A DNA stretch of 64,000 nucleotides from Psammoneis japonica (taxonomy: Eukaryota), in the NCBI GenBank assembly GCA_008632985.1, contig QPGO01000042.1:248001-312000 (forward strand), given 5' to 3'. Positions 12,147 to 25,964 of this stretch are shown in pieces (the stretch's first letter is position 1; each line of letters begins with the position of its first letter). Position numbers and translations under genes: made by a program. The notes beneath the pieces were generated by a model that was not told where the DNA came from, did not search any database, and saw only the letters and a list, made by a program, of their open reading frames with translations.

Positions 12147-14296
12147 ATGGTTGGGGCAAATCCTGAGATTATGCCTTCCATGGAAGACAGCATAAGCGTG
12201 GTGAGCAGAAGGACCGCGTCGACGGAAGCCACAACTGTGTCTACCGTCAGCTCAACCCAGAGCGAAACAAGGCGTCTAGGTGTCGCCAACGAGCCGGTTG
12301 ACATACCGCACCGTGCAGTTCATCGCATAAGTTTGTCGGCGTTGTCTCATAATTACCGATGCGTCGAGTCGGCAGCCAACCGCCAAAAATGCTCTGTGAT
12401 TGTGGTAGTAAAAGCAGATGGCTATGGCCACGGGGCTATCAATACGGCATTGCACTTGGCAGACTCTTGCGGAGCTGAGGCGTTTGCTGTGGCGACTTTG
12501 GAGGAGGCCATCGCTCTTCGTCGTGCTTTTGATTCGACGCCTCCGTTTGCATATCGAGAAAAGAAATCTGTGATTGGACCTCCTGCGGATGTTGCAGAGT
12601 TATTTTCGCCGCCAGATCCGATAAACAGTGCTGTACCGGTAGACGATACTACTTCGGCTTCAGCACCCTCCCGGCCAAAGTCTCCAAAATCGGTGCGAAG
12701 TATGAGACCGTCCAAGATTAGAATTTTAGTATTGGGACCTCCGGTGGGATATCCACGATGCTTTGATGATTATTATCACTATGATATTGAAGTTATGGTG
12801 TCTGGGCCAGAGATTGCAGACGCTTTGATGGTATGGGTATCCAACCCCAATGACCGCAAGCGAACGCAGGTTGCCAGAGCAGCAATGGAAGCAAAGGCTA
12901 ATGCACTCACATACACCGTGCCTAAAGATACTGTTCGGTGCTCTAAACCTGCCGAACCTGTTATTCCAGAGGACAAAAATCCCGAAGCCAAGGATATGGA
13001 CGATGCGCACAGAGCTGCGACTCTTTCGAATGTGTCTGGACACGAACTAGCTATGGAAGTTCGATCAATTCTTATGAACCAACATGCAGTGGAAGTAAAG
13101 AAGAAAAAGCCAACACCAGTAAACAGTGGATCTTCGACACCACCCATGCAATCACGATCGAGCAGTATCGTGTCTGCATATCCCGCAAAGCCGAAAAGTG
13201 GACCAAGCCCTGCCACGTCCGGCGAAGTCTTCGGTGGTATCGAGCATGCAGTCAAGAACTCACGTCACCGTGAGGTGGCTGCTGCACGGGTGAATGCGTT
13301 GGAAACAGGAGAGGAAGAAGGGAACGTAAACGAGGAAGACACAATGACGATGGCACCCATGAGACGAAAGCTCCGATGGCACGCACTTGTGGACAGCGGA
13401 ATGGGAAGACTGGGATTCAAGACGGAGATCATACACGAAGGTAGCAATAATGAAGAGAAGCAGATGAGAGATACAGTAGAGATATTGAAGGATCTTGTAA
13501 ATCAAGAGGTATACAAGGCAGCACCTATTGGTACGTAACATGTGTTTTCGATTGCATAAGAAAGGCGTACCATCTCACCTTCCTCATGATGCACTTAGAA
13601 TTTTTTGGGATGTGCACGCACATGGCAGAAGCGAACTCTGTCTCTAGCTATACTGATTCCCAAATGTCGCGCTTTCTTGAGTTGCTGGCTCGGGTCCGGG
13701 GGGACGGGATTTTTATACCAACACTCAGTACGGACAACTCATCGGCGCTTCTGACGACATCCCTGACGCACTTTAATCCCGATGTAGTTCTGAAGCAACC
13801 TGAAGTAGACTCACGTGGATGGGTTCGCACCGGTGGTGCTATCTACGGTCAGAGACCTTTTGAACAACTGCGAGCTGTTTCGACTTTAACAGCATCCGTA
13901 AGACACGTTGCGGTGTTGAAGAAAGGGGACAGTGCTGGCTATGACAGAGCTTATATAGCGGCCGAGGATGTACTTATAGCCACTCTCACTGTTGGGTTTG
14001 CGGATGGGTATCCTCGAGAACTCGGAAATGGAGTTGGAAAAGTCTCCATTCATCGAAAAGTCTATCCCGTGGCAGGAAACGTTTGCATGGATATGATTAT
14101 GGTGGAACTTGGTCCTGCGAGCGAGCAGTCCGCTGTAGCTGTCGGAGACGTGGCGTATCTTTGGGGCCCGGAGAGCGAAGATGATTTGGAAGGTGGGAGT
14201 GTCCGATTGGAAGACATTGCAGCTACTCTCAAGACGACACAGTCTGCGCTCACGTGTGGACTAGACAAAGTGCGAGTTCGAAGAGAGCTTGTATGA
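12147..14296 (+). CDS. alr: Alanine racemase (PLP-dependent, fold type III) with large insertions
   Basis: PLP-lysine motif VVVKADGYGHGA, plus AVATLEEA, VDSGMGRLG, THMA, VRTGGAIYG, GYDRAY, GFADGYPR, AGNVCMDM. Intron 13531-13598. Confidence 0.92.
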
Positions 14297-14344
14297 CACA
14301 TTTGGCAACATAGAATATAGATACAGTAGCAAATGCTACTTATC

Positions 14345-15992
14345 TTACTCTGCGACTACGTCCCAGTTTTGAGCTTGTACGTAGTGAGGGCCTTGACTCA
14401 AAACCTTTTCGAGCGAGTCGACAATACTTTCTGCTAGCAAGCCTCGGGCATCACTCTGCATCACAGCCTCAACAATTGCAAACTTTGCTTCCTTTCCTTC
14501 CTTCGTCGTTTCGCCCTCCCTACTAACCAAGAATTCATAGAAACCGCCATGGGACAGGAGAACTTGTGCACCCGTTCCTAGTCTTGCGACCGCTTCGAGC
14601 AGCGCATAGGCTCCCAATCGCGAAGTTACAAGTGAAGATGTCGCCATCGACATCACCAACTCGGTTGATTCGCGATTGTTCACTTGTCCTAGACAACGGT
14701 AAAGCCTCATTGACAGAGCGTTTGACGGAATCGATGACGTTAGAGAATCACCGTTTGCGTCCACTTGGTTCGGTGGGTGAAGCACCATGGCAACCGACTT
14801 CAAGACGACTGCTTTCAATTTCGGCTGGGCGACCGCTAGCGATAACCAGCCATCGACTAAAACTGAATCTTCTAGAACTGCCTCCAGAGCTTCCGGTGAG
14901 GCTGATGCAAATGATGACACCGCGTCGATATATGCCAGCTTTTCTAATTCACCGCTTCCATCGAACTTTCGTAAGCGTGGTGAAAACCTTTTAGCAATTC
15001 TTCGCCACCCAAACCAAATAATGTGGAATCGTTTTGTGCCAGTCGACAGAATTGAGATAGTATTCGTAGCGCGATTCCTCCCAAAATAGGATCTGGATAG
15101 TCATCTGGATTGCTTCCGCCTGCCATTACCAAAAGCGGGTGCAAAACTTGGTGGGAGAAGAGCCACCTAGCTCGTTCACCGTGCATCGGTAACGTGTTCG
15201 ACAACCTTTCAATCAAGTCCAAAGTCGACATTTGCAAGAGAGGATCAGATTCATCCGTAGCCATGGTGATTAAGAGATCAGTGCACCAGAGGAAATGGCA
15301 GAAACCATGTTGGCGTCTCCAACTACCGCGATATCAACCACTGTACTTGCGCATCGAACGCAAACTGTAGAGTACTTGCTCCTGTTTTCATTTATGTTTC
15401 GATGCGAGAGACTCCATGGGTCGAAGATAGCACGAATACCTCGATCAGATAACGGTGGGCCTAGTCGACGACAGCAGATATTGATAGTCTCGGATGCATT
15501 GGTTGAAACTTCCACGTCATCGCCGCTGAGCTGCGCAACCAGAGTAGACAACACCTCGTTGCATACCACAAAATTAGAAGTTGTTGACGAACAAAGGTGT
15601 TCTACCGCTACCTTAACTGCTCGGGACGCCGCTTTCAAATAGGACTCTCTATTCGACGTCACGAGGAGGCTTAGAATCGACAAAGCTTCTGCAATTGTTA
15701 TGGCTGGCTCCTCTGCTTTGTCCAGAAAAAGATACGGAGCCAAACATTCCGCGATGAATTGTGGCTGCGCCTGCTTCTCCATCTCCACACGCGTTGCTGT
15801 CACTGCTTCCATATCTTCCCTTTTCAGTTGATCTCTGAGATTACAAAGGTGCACCTTAATGACTTCCGAGTCCGGGGTAACACCCGTCCGCTTAGCGATC
15901 TCGTCACTCATCATCGTCGCTGCCATCTCTGAAAAATCCTTCTCTTCTTCTCGCTTCTCGTGTAGTCTTCGGTCAAGTTCGCCGCCGGGCAT
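14345..15992 (-). CDS. PSMD5: 26S proteasome assembly chaperone S5b/PSMD5-like ARM-repeat protein (two apparent 1-bp frameshifts)
   Basis: Three consecutive helical ORFs, with DPLLQMSTLDLI and C-terminal EGKEAKFAIV..VLSQGPHY. Frames rejoin with single-base additions near 15280 and 14975. Confidence 0.65.
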
Positions 15993-16140
15993 TCGCGATG
16001 CAACGTTTGTCCGTCAACATCAAAATTTCAAAAAATTGACGTCTGTCCGTCTCAAAATTTCAAAAAAGTGCTTAGGGCCCTACTAGTGACGCTTGGTCGT
16101 GCAATACAGTGAAGTGATTTTTGATACCATAAGAGAGGCG

Positions 16141-17486
16141 CTAGCTATCGATCAAAAGTCTTTCATTCTCTCCGTGATGCTGGATGAAACACTGCAGCGA
16201 AACTCTTATGCCTTGAGAGAAGCCAATCGCCGCATGTGGTCGTTGGACGCAAAGAAGAACCAAGTCCCCCGGTTCAACAATGACAACTTGCGGTTCCTTA
16301 AGTTCTTTGCGTAATCGAACTTGCATTTCTGGATCCTGTGACGATAGACCAGAAAGCAAAAGAGCGTTCTAAAAATGCGCATGACATTCGAGGAAAGCAA
16401 AGGAGAGTTTAGAACGGCTGAAAAAGTTCGAAGCAATCCAGGAGAGTACCGTACACCCCGATGCCAGAGCTTACCTTGTACCAGTCCCAACGTGATCGCA
16501 CACCCAAGGGCCATATATGCATCCCTGAAAACGACTTTTCAGATGGCAACTGTAGATATAAATTGGCACTAAACAGACCCTGTTGTGGCGACAGTATTCC
16601 CATGTCGTCGACGTGGATAAACCCTTTTTTCCATCGTGTCGGTCCCATCATTACTCGCGGCAGCCCTCCCCCAAAGGGTCGTCTGAGCCCATTTGACTCT
16701 CTCGCTAACCCAGCTCCACTTGGCCACGCTTCGTCCAGTTCCAGCCGCAACTTGTCAAGTGGCCACAGCTCTGGTACACCATTGTTTTTGTTAAATGGTT
16801 TTCGTCTTTCCTGAAACTCGTCTTGAACTCCAGCGAAATACGCATCAATATCTTTCTGTTTCCCTGAAGCAGATGCAATGTTGAAAGGGGCGTGAGCTCC
16901 TAAGGTGCAAACATCACTGCTCTCTAAGCCTCGTGATGTACTGACTTTCCAATTTCTCGCTCGACCTTGTTGAGCATCTTTCGCGAGACGCATCCCAAGT
17001 GTTTGTGACGCAACAGGATCATAAAATCCCTTCACTTGCAGTGCGGTCGCCTCGTGTTTCATCAGGCGCTGTAAGTCGGAAGGCATTATTCGTCTTTCAC
17101 GGACAATGACCTGAGCGCGGGGGCCTTTGTCCATCAGTTGTTGCAATCCACCAAACCTCGCCTCCAACATGGTGAAAAACTTCCTCATGGCGGCAGCGGA
17201 CTCCTGCGACCCTCCCTTCATTCTTGCAGATCTCTGAGTCACACGCAAACCACTTCAACGCGGTAGTGCCCGCTATGGCCTATCGCGACTCGCGACTTGA
17301 ATTGAATAGATAGATGAGGCGAGGGCGAGGCATGATCGATGATAGGCCCACCATAATCCATAATGGAGGAGTGCGTGGGGCGTGGGGCGAGCGAGTGGAG
17401 GCGCCGTCTTGAGTGATGCACGGACAAACTAACGGCAGCATCCGAAAGCAGCATAACAGGGGAGGTAGTAATACTACATAATACAT
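16141..17486 (-). CDS. Putative 2-oxoglutarate/Fe(II) dioxygenase-like protein; 5' end uncertain
   Basis: HVD motif, [21 protein letters not shown] and RVSLQCF fit a double-stranded beta-helix oxygenase. Intron about 16390-16475. Confidence 0.5.
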
Positions 17487-17588
17487 CTTCTTATTGCATC
17501 CTGGATCGCATGGGCGAGCGATTTTTGATTATTGAATAACTGTGCAGTCGCCATTTGCCATTCCCAACAACTTGTTGCATGAATCAAA

Positions 17589-18460
17589 ATGCGAGACAAT
17601 CCTAGCAACGAACAAGCTACAATGTCGGTACTGGCGGTGGAAAAGGAGCGATGGCGTGAATCGAAATACAGAGCAATGTACACGGAGCTTCTGAAGACAC
17701 ACAGAGGAGCTATAGGAGACGTCCAAGAGAAGCCGGACCACAAAATGGAAGACTACGCCGCCGAGACAGCGCTACTTAGAAATGCCATGACTTCGGAGCG
17801 ATCTGCGATCTTGCAAGGATGCGTCGCAGGTATTATGGCTTTTGCTTCAATGAGATACCTTCCTACCCACCTTATACGGAGATTTGGAAGCGCGGACAAG
17901 GTCAAAGCTCTGCGAGAAGCTGAGGAGCAGGCAAAAACTACCAATGTTGGAGCTATCCGTAGTGCAACCGGTAAGAAACTCAGGACCCATGATACTGCGC
18001 TATCATTCGCTTTCTTACACAACAGTATTCGATTTTCTGTCGCCTTTCCTCAGCGTTGTTTGTTGAAACCATGTTTGGAGTTTGGGTTGGTACACGAGGA
18101 TATCACGTGGCGTCGAGTTACTCGGAAGGAACCTATGAAATGATTGCGCAAATTCCTTTATGTGAAGGGAGAAGTGTCGTGTCTGACATTCTGTGCGATG
18201 AGTGGATCGATATTTCCGACAACAAAATACCAAAGGAATTCTGGAAAAATGTACATGATTCGGAAAAAGGTTTACAGGATATTCGGACATGGCGCGCAAT
18301 TCAATCATTTACAGAGAACTGCCGTAAGCGACAGGCTTTCGAATCGATTGTTAGAAAGGAAAGTGGCATGATTGGCGAGAACGAACCTGTTGTTTTGCCG
18401 AGAAAAGTGCCGCCGGACATATCACAGGAGGAAGCTCATTACTTTGTCTCTGATCGATAG
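17589..18460 (+). CDS. Hypothetical membrane protein, 2 exons
   Basis: Two ORFs joined by a GT-AG intron about 17971-18053. No family recognised. Confidence 0.6.
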
Positions 18461-18551
18461 TCACTGACCGAATGGTACCCAACCAATCAAGAAACAAAGA
18501 GAGGACTTGTGATTCCTAAACAAAGGTGTTGCGCGTTGATAAACCCTTTAA

Positions 18552-20262
18552 CTAAAAAAACGTGTTGTAAACCGCATTGCCCGTTGATATAAACATCACA
18601 GGGACGGAGAGCACGAGTAAAAAACAAGAAAATGCGATCGAGAGTGTCGAGCCGCGACCTTCGTCTTGAGTCAACGATCTCCTCTGCTTGACCAGCACCA
18701 GATACGAACCGCACGGTATCAGATATGAAAGCAGAATGGATAAGCTGCTCCCGAGTAAATCCCAAACCACATCGATGCTGGAAACGCAGCTGGCGACGAC
18801 AGCTCCAGACCAAAGTATTGCAATAGCGGCAATCAAACGATGCAGCAGAGGGGCTGAAATGTCTTCGTCGGTCACATCACCCAAAATAGCGTCAACTTCG
18901 CCTACACCCCCATTCTCGTCTGCAAGCAACGGTTCTTGAAGCTGTGTTTGTTCCTCGGTCACTTCATCTGTGCTGTTACTTCTTCCGCTCTCAACAGACG
19001 CAACGATAGAGCGACGGCTATGCCAAAAATGAAGAACAATATCACGTGCTGGGATTGTCAGCATCGGGAATGCCATTGTTAGCGTAAGGGCAAGGCAGAG
19101 CCGACCAACAAACAAGAGCGGGTCGTCTTCGTCAAAGTCAAGCAGGATATTGCCTTGGACGGTACCACTCGCAGTGCAGTTTCCATACTGACAAAAGAGA
19201 CGGGTAAACGGTATAAGCATAACGATATGTTCAAGGTGTAGTACACTTCTCGTTCTGGCACCATGAATTCCACAAAAGAGTCAGTCAACTCACCATGGAT
19301 CCCGCAAAGCCAATGACCAAATAAAAAGACGTGGCAAAGAGCACAGTCGACCTGACAAGCCACCGTACCCGCCTTGGAGTGGGATTACGTAATTCATTGT
19401 AGACTGGAAGCACATTGTAGTGACACACAAAGCACGAAATGTAGAGAGGCAGAGCATCTAACATGTCTTTCCCAGAGTCTGGAAAATAAGTCAAATAATC
19501 AAACCAACTGGTGTGTCGGTCACTTTCGTGGTCCAGGCCAAAGTTGCATTGAAGCGATCGGTACACCACACAACTTCCCACAATTAAAATGGAGCACATA
19601 CTAGCAGCTCCAGCTCGGCGTAAGGCAGTCATCGTTTCCAGCGTACAAAGAGGGGTAACGAGTAGAATAATGAGAAACATTGTCACGTTGTGCGCTGTTG
19701 TTGGTCCATCCAATGAACCAGAGGGCGGTCTAATAATTGCATCCGTGACTGGCTCAAGCATGTCTCGAAGAAGAACAGCGTATCCAACCGCGCCGAAGAA
19801 GCACATCATCAAGACAAGAACCGTTGAAGCGAAGTATGCCTGCTTCCCAAATGCTGAGCTAACGATAAATTCAAGCGATACAGTGCCTTTTGTTCTTGTA
19901 TTGTGTGCAGGGTTCGAAGCAGCTAGAATGTCGGAACACGCAATCAAGAGCCGAAAGCAGAATTCTGCAGACACAGCAACGAGTATTATAAACGCTGGCC
20001 CGACGAAAGCGTTTCCTGACTTGTGAAATGCTAAAGGCAGAGATAGAGAACCACCCCCGACCATGGTCGATAGAAGATTGAAACGTCCCGATGATACGGT
20101 CCCTTCTCTTTCGTGTTCAACCGGCCCCGCCGCGGTGGAGTCATCGGCATTCGTGCTGTCGCATTCTTGTTCAAAAATTTCGTCGCTCCTAACTGCCTCA
20201 TCAGACATTGCACTGTGGTCGCCATTCAAACCGGTTGTCTCTGCCTTCGTCCCCAAGTTCAT
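18552..20262 (-). CDS. Amino acid transporter (Aa_trans / SLC38-like)
   Basis: FNLLSTMVGGGSLSLPLAF, FVCHYNVLPVYNEL, GNILLDF and multiple TM helices. Intron 19188-19293. Confidence 0.9.
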
Positions 20263-20597
20263 CGTCGAAGTATTTCTGTCGACACAACAGCACTCTCCAA
20301 CTCGGGAAACTCCAAAAACAGAATGCGTTAGCGTGCGATGCGTTGGAGACCCTTCGTACGCAAAATATGTATGGAACCAACGTCGGTTTGCAACCTACGT
20401 GCACGTATAAAATAATTAATCACACCCACAAAGCTGAAAGCGTTCGACAAACCAACAACCGTACGGTAGGCGATCCAGATCGTTGTTCGTTGTGTTATTG
20501 TTGTAGCCGTGCATACTTCTTCCAGGTGGTGAAACGTCGCAGCTAGAGTTCCAAGACCAGGCAAGCAATAAGTTCGTTCATAAGCTCCTTGTGTAGT

Positions 20598-23500
20598 ATG
20601 TCTTGGTTTCGGGGAAGCGGAAACTCGTCGACGTCTTCCAACGCAAATGCAAAAGTACCGTTCAAAGATGCAATCAAAGCTCTCCACCCAGCTCCTGCAA
20701 ACATCGCACGACCTGATCGGCCACAAGATCGAAGTCGATTCTCACAGCTACTCCTCGAACATGGAGAAAAGCAGTTACAGGATTGGGCAGTGATTGCTTC
20801 CTCCAACGTGATTTCGACTCCTACTCAAACTGAAAACTCTGAAAACTCCGCTGCTGCATCTCCCAAGAAGCGTTCTAGCAATGGCGGAAAGACATTGTGG
20901 GCGCAAGCCTCGTTCTCAGGAAGCTCCTCGCGAAAGCAGAATCGATCATCGCCACCAAAGTCTCAGTCATTCGATGACTCTATAGTGGACCTCAAGGCCT
21001 TAGCTCCGTCAGCAAACATGGGGAAAATCGAAGGACGTTTGCATCTCTGCTCCAATTCTGTTGTGTTTGAACCGAACGACATTTCGAGAGCAATCGTACG
21101 TTGCCCATTTGCACGCATGGAATTTAGTCCTACTGTAACTCCTCCCGAGGAACTTTCATCCTTTGACTCTTCCTTCAAAACTCCAGTGGTCTTTCAGTGT
21201 AAGAGACACATCATTATGAAGGCGAACAATGTGATTGGGCCGTCAAGGACTGTGGAGATGCGTGTGCGGTTTAGATTCACTTTTCTACATTCGTCGCCAG
21301 ACAAGTTTATTGACTTTGCAGAAAGACTGTTCACTATGATCCAGGGAGATGGAGGTGGGCACAAAAGGTCGTTGCTAACTCCAGAGATTGAAGCGATAAT
21401 GAAGCCCATGCTGGATCGACCCTTTGACCCATCGAACCTTGTCGACGTACGCGAGCGCCCACTTACGCCAAACCTTCGATGCTCGTTACTGACACCTTTG
21501 CAATCAAAACCGGGGTGTGCTATCGTGACGAATGAAAGGATTTACTTCCAACCTGCATCAGGTGTGTTGAGTCCCACTGTTACAAAGGCAAGCAGTTGGG
21601 CCCTTGGCGAAATTTTGGCAACAGCTCGCCGTTACAACGGATTGCGTGACAGCGCCATTGAGTTTTACTGGAAAAGTGGCTCATCTATCTTGGTGGCATT
21701 TGAGAGTCAACGAGAACGTGAACAAGTGATGCGGCTCCTCCCGCTCAATGCACCTTGTTTTACTGATCGGTCCTTTATTGTCAAGGCAGAACGAGAATGG
21801 CACAATGGAAACATTTCAAACTTTGATTATCTGCTTGCGTTGAATGCTGCTGGAGGGCGATCGTTTCATGATTTATCGCGTTATCCGGTGTTTCCCTGGG
21901 TCATTGCAGACTACCAGAGCTCGTCTTTGGATATTAAGAATGAAAAGACGTTCAGAGACTTGTCAAAACCGGTTGGTGCACTCAATGAAGAAAGGTTAGA
22001 GTACTTTCGAACTCGTCTCCATGGAATGATGGACATGGAAGACCCCTTTCTTTATGGAACGCACTACTCTGCACCAGGATACGTCCTATACTATCTTGTG
22101 AGAAGCATGCCTGAGCATATGTTGTGCCTTCAGAATGGTGAGTGTCAGACAAAGTGTCAATTGGATAGATTGGGTTTAATGGAATGAATTCTCATTCAAC
22201 CTTCCCTTTCATTTACAGGTAAATTTGACGCTCCGGATCGCATGTTTCACTGCATGCAACACTGCTTTTCCTGTGTGCTTTCTAATCACGCAGACGTTAA
22301 GGAACTCATCCCTGAGTTTTACAATACGGACGGAGACTTTGACTTCCTCATCAATGCTCGGAGTTTGCAGCTTGGTGTAACTCAGAATGGGGAGCGCGTA
22401 CATGATGTCGGCTTACCGCCCTGGGCAAAGTCGCCTCGGGACTTTCTGAAGAAGAATCGTAAAGCGTTGGAGTCGGATATATGTACACAAATGCTCCCGC
22501 AATGGATTGATTTGATATTCGGATGCAAATCTCGTGGAGAAAACGCAATGGAAGCATCCAATTTGTTTCATAAGATGGCATACTTGGGTCCCGCGGATCT
22601 GGAGGCTTTGGAAAAAGACGACGATCGATATCAAGCGGAATTGCAAGCAACAGAATTCGGCATTGTCCCCGATATGCTATTTTGCGAACCTCATCCCTCC
22701 CGACAGGATGCCTTGGAGACAGATGGATTTGTGGCTCCTCTGTCTGACCGTGGAGCTCATTTGGAAATAGAAAGCGATGCTGGAAAAGGCGATCAACATG
22801 CCTGGGAATTCCTTGATCCGCCATCGCACAGCAGTGCCGAAGAGGGTAGGGCTCGGGATGTTTCTGACAATTGGAACAATGCTTCTGACCATGCATCATC
22901 CGACAGACATGCTTCGTCGTCTAAAGATGTGGTGTTTGGGCCTTCAGTACGGACATCTTTAGAGGACGACGGGTCGTTTCCAGGTAAGTTGGCGGCTACT
23001 AGCCCAGACTCTGGCGGCGAGAACCCTTTGGCTACTCCAGGGGGGAAGGCCAAGGCATCGTGGGGCTCGAATCTTTCGTCAATGAGCGACCTTGGTGATT
23101 TGGCCACTGACGAAGAAGTGAAGAGGGATTCGAATCCGCTCCGCTTGGCGGCTGAGAAAGGCGCGTCCTCTAGAAGAAAAGAAAGACAGCTACCTCTTAG
23201 AGGGAGCGGTGACGGAAGAGCTAATAGGTTTTACGAGGGCGTGAGTTGGTCCCGAAGCTTTTCTAGCACAGGTTCCAATGATGGAAATGAAGCCAATGAT
23301 GGTGTATGTAGTCCATCTACGCCGGCTGCTTCCTCAATGGGTTGGGATATGACTGTCATTGCAAGAAATTCCATGCATGGAGATTCCGTTACAGAATGTG
23401 CCTTGACTTTTGATGAAGGGAGTCCAAGCCAAGCATATCTAACAACTGTGTCACTGGATGGACGCCTTATGGTACATACTGTATCCCTAGGGCCTCCTGG

Positions 23501-24671
23501 AGGAGATTCAATCGAAAGCAAGCGACGAAGTTTCACTGGGACGCTCAGTCGGTTCGCAAACATGGGCATGAATAGAGACCAGACAGAAACAAAATTGAAT
23601 CCACATCGCAGCCACTCTGCGTCTGATCCTTTAGCGTGTTTGGCAATTACGAGCGACGACCGTGGGGGGCAGATTGTCTTTGCAGGTGGGCATGATGACT
23701 GCTTGCTTGCCTATGGTGTGAATTCGGCGTGTGCGGTGGCATCTGTTTACTCTCATCGAGACGCTGTAACCGGGTTAGATCTGATTCATCGGGCACCTTT
23801 TGGTCCAGCAAGTGCATTTTGGCCGGAGAAGGCGACGCACCTTCTGGTTTCGGGCAGCTGGGATGCAACTGTCAAAGTATGGTCCGTGGTCGTTTCGCCT
23901 GGGGAAACAGTCTCTATTAACCGAGAACCGTTGGCTGAACTATTCGACGCAGACTCTACAATTGTCTGCGTATCATCGACCCCAATACCAGGAGGTATTG
24001 CCATATGCGCAGGCTGCAATGATGGCTCATTTGTTGCCTGGATCTGTCATGATGATGGAAGTAAGTCATTCTTTATATCCGCCAGTATCAATATCTCTTT
24101 TCCCCATTCATGTTGATGTTTGCAATCCCATTACACAGTGATGGAGGTAATTTTCAAGGAATCTGCAAGAAGAGGTTCAAAACCTTGCTCAGCGGTCAGA
24201 TGGACTACGCAGAATGGCGAGACGGCCTTATTCACAGCTTTCTCGACCGGAAAGGTTGCCTCATATGTTTTGATCAATCGAGAACTGCGTTCTGTTAGCG
24301 CCGTTTCTCTTGGTGTCGCGGTAAGACTTCGATCTTGTTTTCTCAAGTGATAAACCAATTGAAGTACTCACTGGTCACTCCGTACACCTTTCCTCCACGC
24401 TTTCCTCCAGGTAACGTGCTTAAAGTATTCAGAAGGAATATTGCTTGCTGGTTGTGCTGATGGGGGTCTGCGATTGATTTCCATTGAAAGCGGTGCCCAA
24501 TTCAAGTCGAAACCGACCTTATGGAATGCGGTGAATGGAAAGTCCTCTCCGGGGTTGACTTGTATCAACGTTGCGTTTTACGATGACGCCAAGGAAGGTA
24601 TGGGTCGTTGCTTGTGCTTCACTGGAGCAGATGACGGTAGTGTTGCTCTCTTCGAGTTAAAGAAGGTGTAG
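20598..24671 (+). CDS. BEACH-domain/WD40 protein, FAN (NSMAF)-like
   Basis: GRAM/PH region, BEACH motifs (ISNFDYLLALN, GRSFHDLSRYPVFPWV, YGTHYS, GKFDAPDRMF, DVKELIPEFY, WIDLIFG) and WD40 (LLVSGSWDATVKVW). Introns about 22138-22218, 24061-24138 and 24321-24410. Confidence 0.9.
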
Positions 24672-24765
24672 ATATTAGCTAAATTCATCCTTTCAAGTTT
24701 ATCTACAGTTGATTATAGTACTGGAAGTTCAAATGTGATAACCAATCTGCTCAACAGGAGAATCT

Positions 24766-25233
24766 CTAGTTTTCATCGGAAAACACCTTATCCCAAAAAC
24801 TAGGATTTCGTTCGATGACCTTCTCCTTCATCCTTGTCACCGGGCGCATTTGTCCGTCATCGTCCTGGATCCATTTGAAGTATCCTGATGACGAGGGCCC
24901 TTGATAGTCCTCCGTCGGATCGGGGGTATTGCGATTCTGCTTTCGGTTCTTGTCAGTCGCTCCGTAAAAGTTGGATTTCCTCTTTCCATAAAACGCGCTG
25001 CCGGCCCCTAGGCGTCTAGAGGTCGCATCGTCCACGAAGGCATCAAGCTCTTCGAAGAAACCACCAAAGAATCCCTTCTTGGCAGGTTCTGGCTCTTCCT
25101 GCCTCGCAAGCCGAATCAAAGTGGCAGAGCTCAGAGCTGGGGGAGCAACATGTGAAGTAGTGAACGCCACGTTCTCGAGCGCTAGCGACGAGATAGCCAC
25201 AATCGCAGCAACAAAACAGACACTTGATTTCAT
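24766..25233 (-). CDS. Hypothetical protein with signal peptide + AF motif (likely plastid)
   Basis: 155-aa ORF with N-terminus MKSSVCFVAAIVAISSLALENVA-FT and ELDAFVDDATSRRLGAG core. Confidence 0.7.
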   Translation of the reverse strand: MKSSVCFVAAIVAISSLALENVAFTTSHVAPPALSSATLIRLARQEEPEPAKKGFFGGFFEELDAFVDDATSRRLGAGSAFYGKRKSNFYGATDKNRKQNRNTPDPTEDYQGPSSSGYFKWIQDDDGQMRPVTRMKEKVIERNPSFWDKVFSDEN

Positions 25234-25507
25234 TTCTTTCTCGCTTGCAGTGAATGGATTATGCTTCGTTTATGCATGCTAGAGAGTCGAGATGGCAGAA
25301 CAAACATGACCAAGAATCGTGAGCTAGAGCAATGAGCAACGATGAGCAATGCCCGCCAGGTCAGCAGGTCGTCAGGACGACTCCTCCTCGTCGGCACCCG
25401 TGAGCCTCTGTGCGCGCGCTTCTCGCATGTCAGAAGTTTTTTGCTCGACTGACTCCTCGCCTGTTCACCTGCTGTGTCTGCCCCGCCCTCCGCCCTGGCC
25501 TACAGCG

Positions 25508-25964
25508 ACTGGCGTCGCTTTGCTCGTACGACTTCTTGCGGTGATCTAATTCTAGAGACAGGTAATTAGGAGGGATGGGAGGACTTTACTAGCTTAGTTG
25601 GTCCCTTTCCATTCCCAAGCTGGAACGGTGTGGCCAGAGGGAGGGAGAGGTGGGAGCGCTTTTGGACTGTCCACTCGGCTTGCTGCCAAAGCTCTTCGGA
25701 AGAATGAGCAACAGCAGCTTGCTTCCAAATGCCAACTTGGACGCATTCAATGGTGGCAGTGCGGGGGGTGACTTCCAGGTGCGTCATTAACGGGCAATGA
25801 GGTCATCTCCCCTTGTCGGTCTTTACGAGGCCAACCACTGGGGTCGCTTTGCTCGCGCGACTTCTTGCGGTGATCTGATTCTAGAGACAGGCAATTGGCA
25901 GGGATGGGAGGACTTTGCTGGCACAGTTGGTCCCTTTCCATTTCCAAGCTGGAACGGCATGGCC
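25508..25964. repeat. Direct repeat A, 128 bp x2 (25508-25635 and 25837-25964)
   Basis: Ungapped alignment by eye, 14 mismatches. Confidence 0.95.

Noticed and set aside
14345..15992. PSMD5-like gene as a pseudogene or programmed frameshift (similar cases near 45740, 50292, 61037 and 17250)
   Set aside because: Isolated 1-bp indels, often at short homopolymers, in otherwise intact conserved genes are more simply explained by long-read consensus errors. Read-level confirmation is needed.
16141..17486. 2OG-Fe(II) oxygenase as the DNA-modifying enzyme behind the TA signature
   Set aside because: I see no TET/JBP or AlkB-specific features, and mere proximity is not evidence in a eukaryotic genome.
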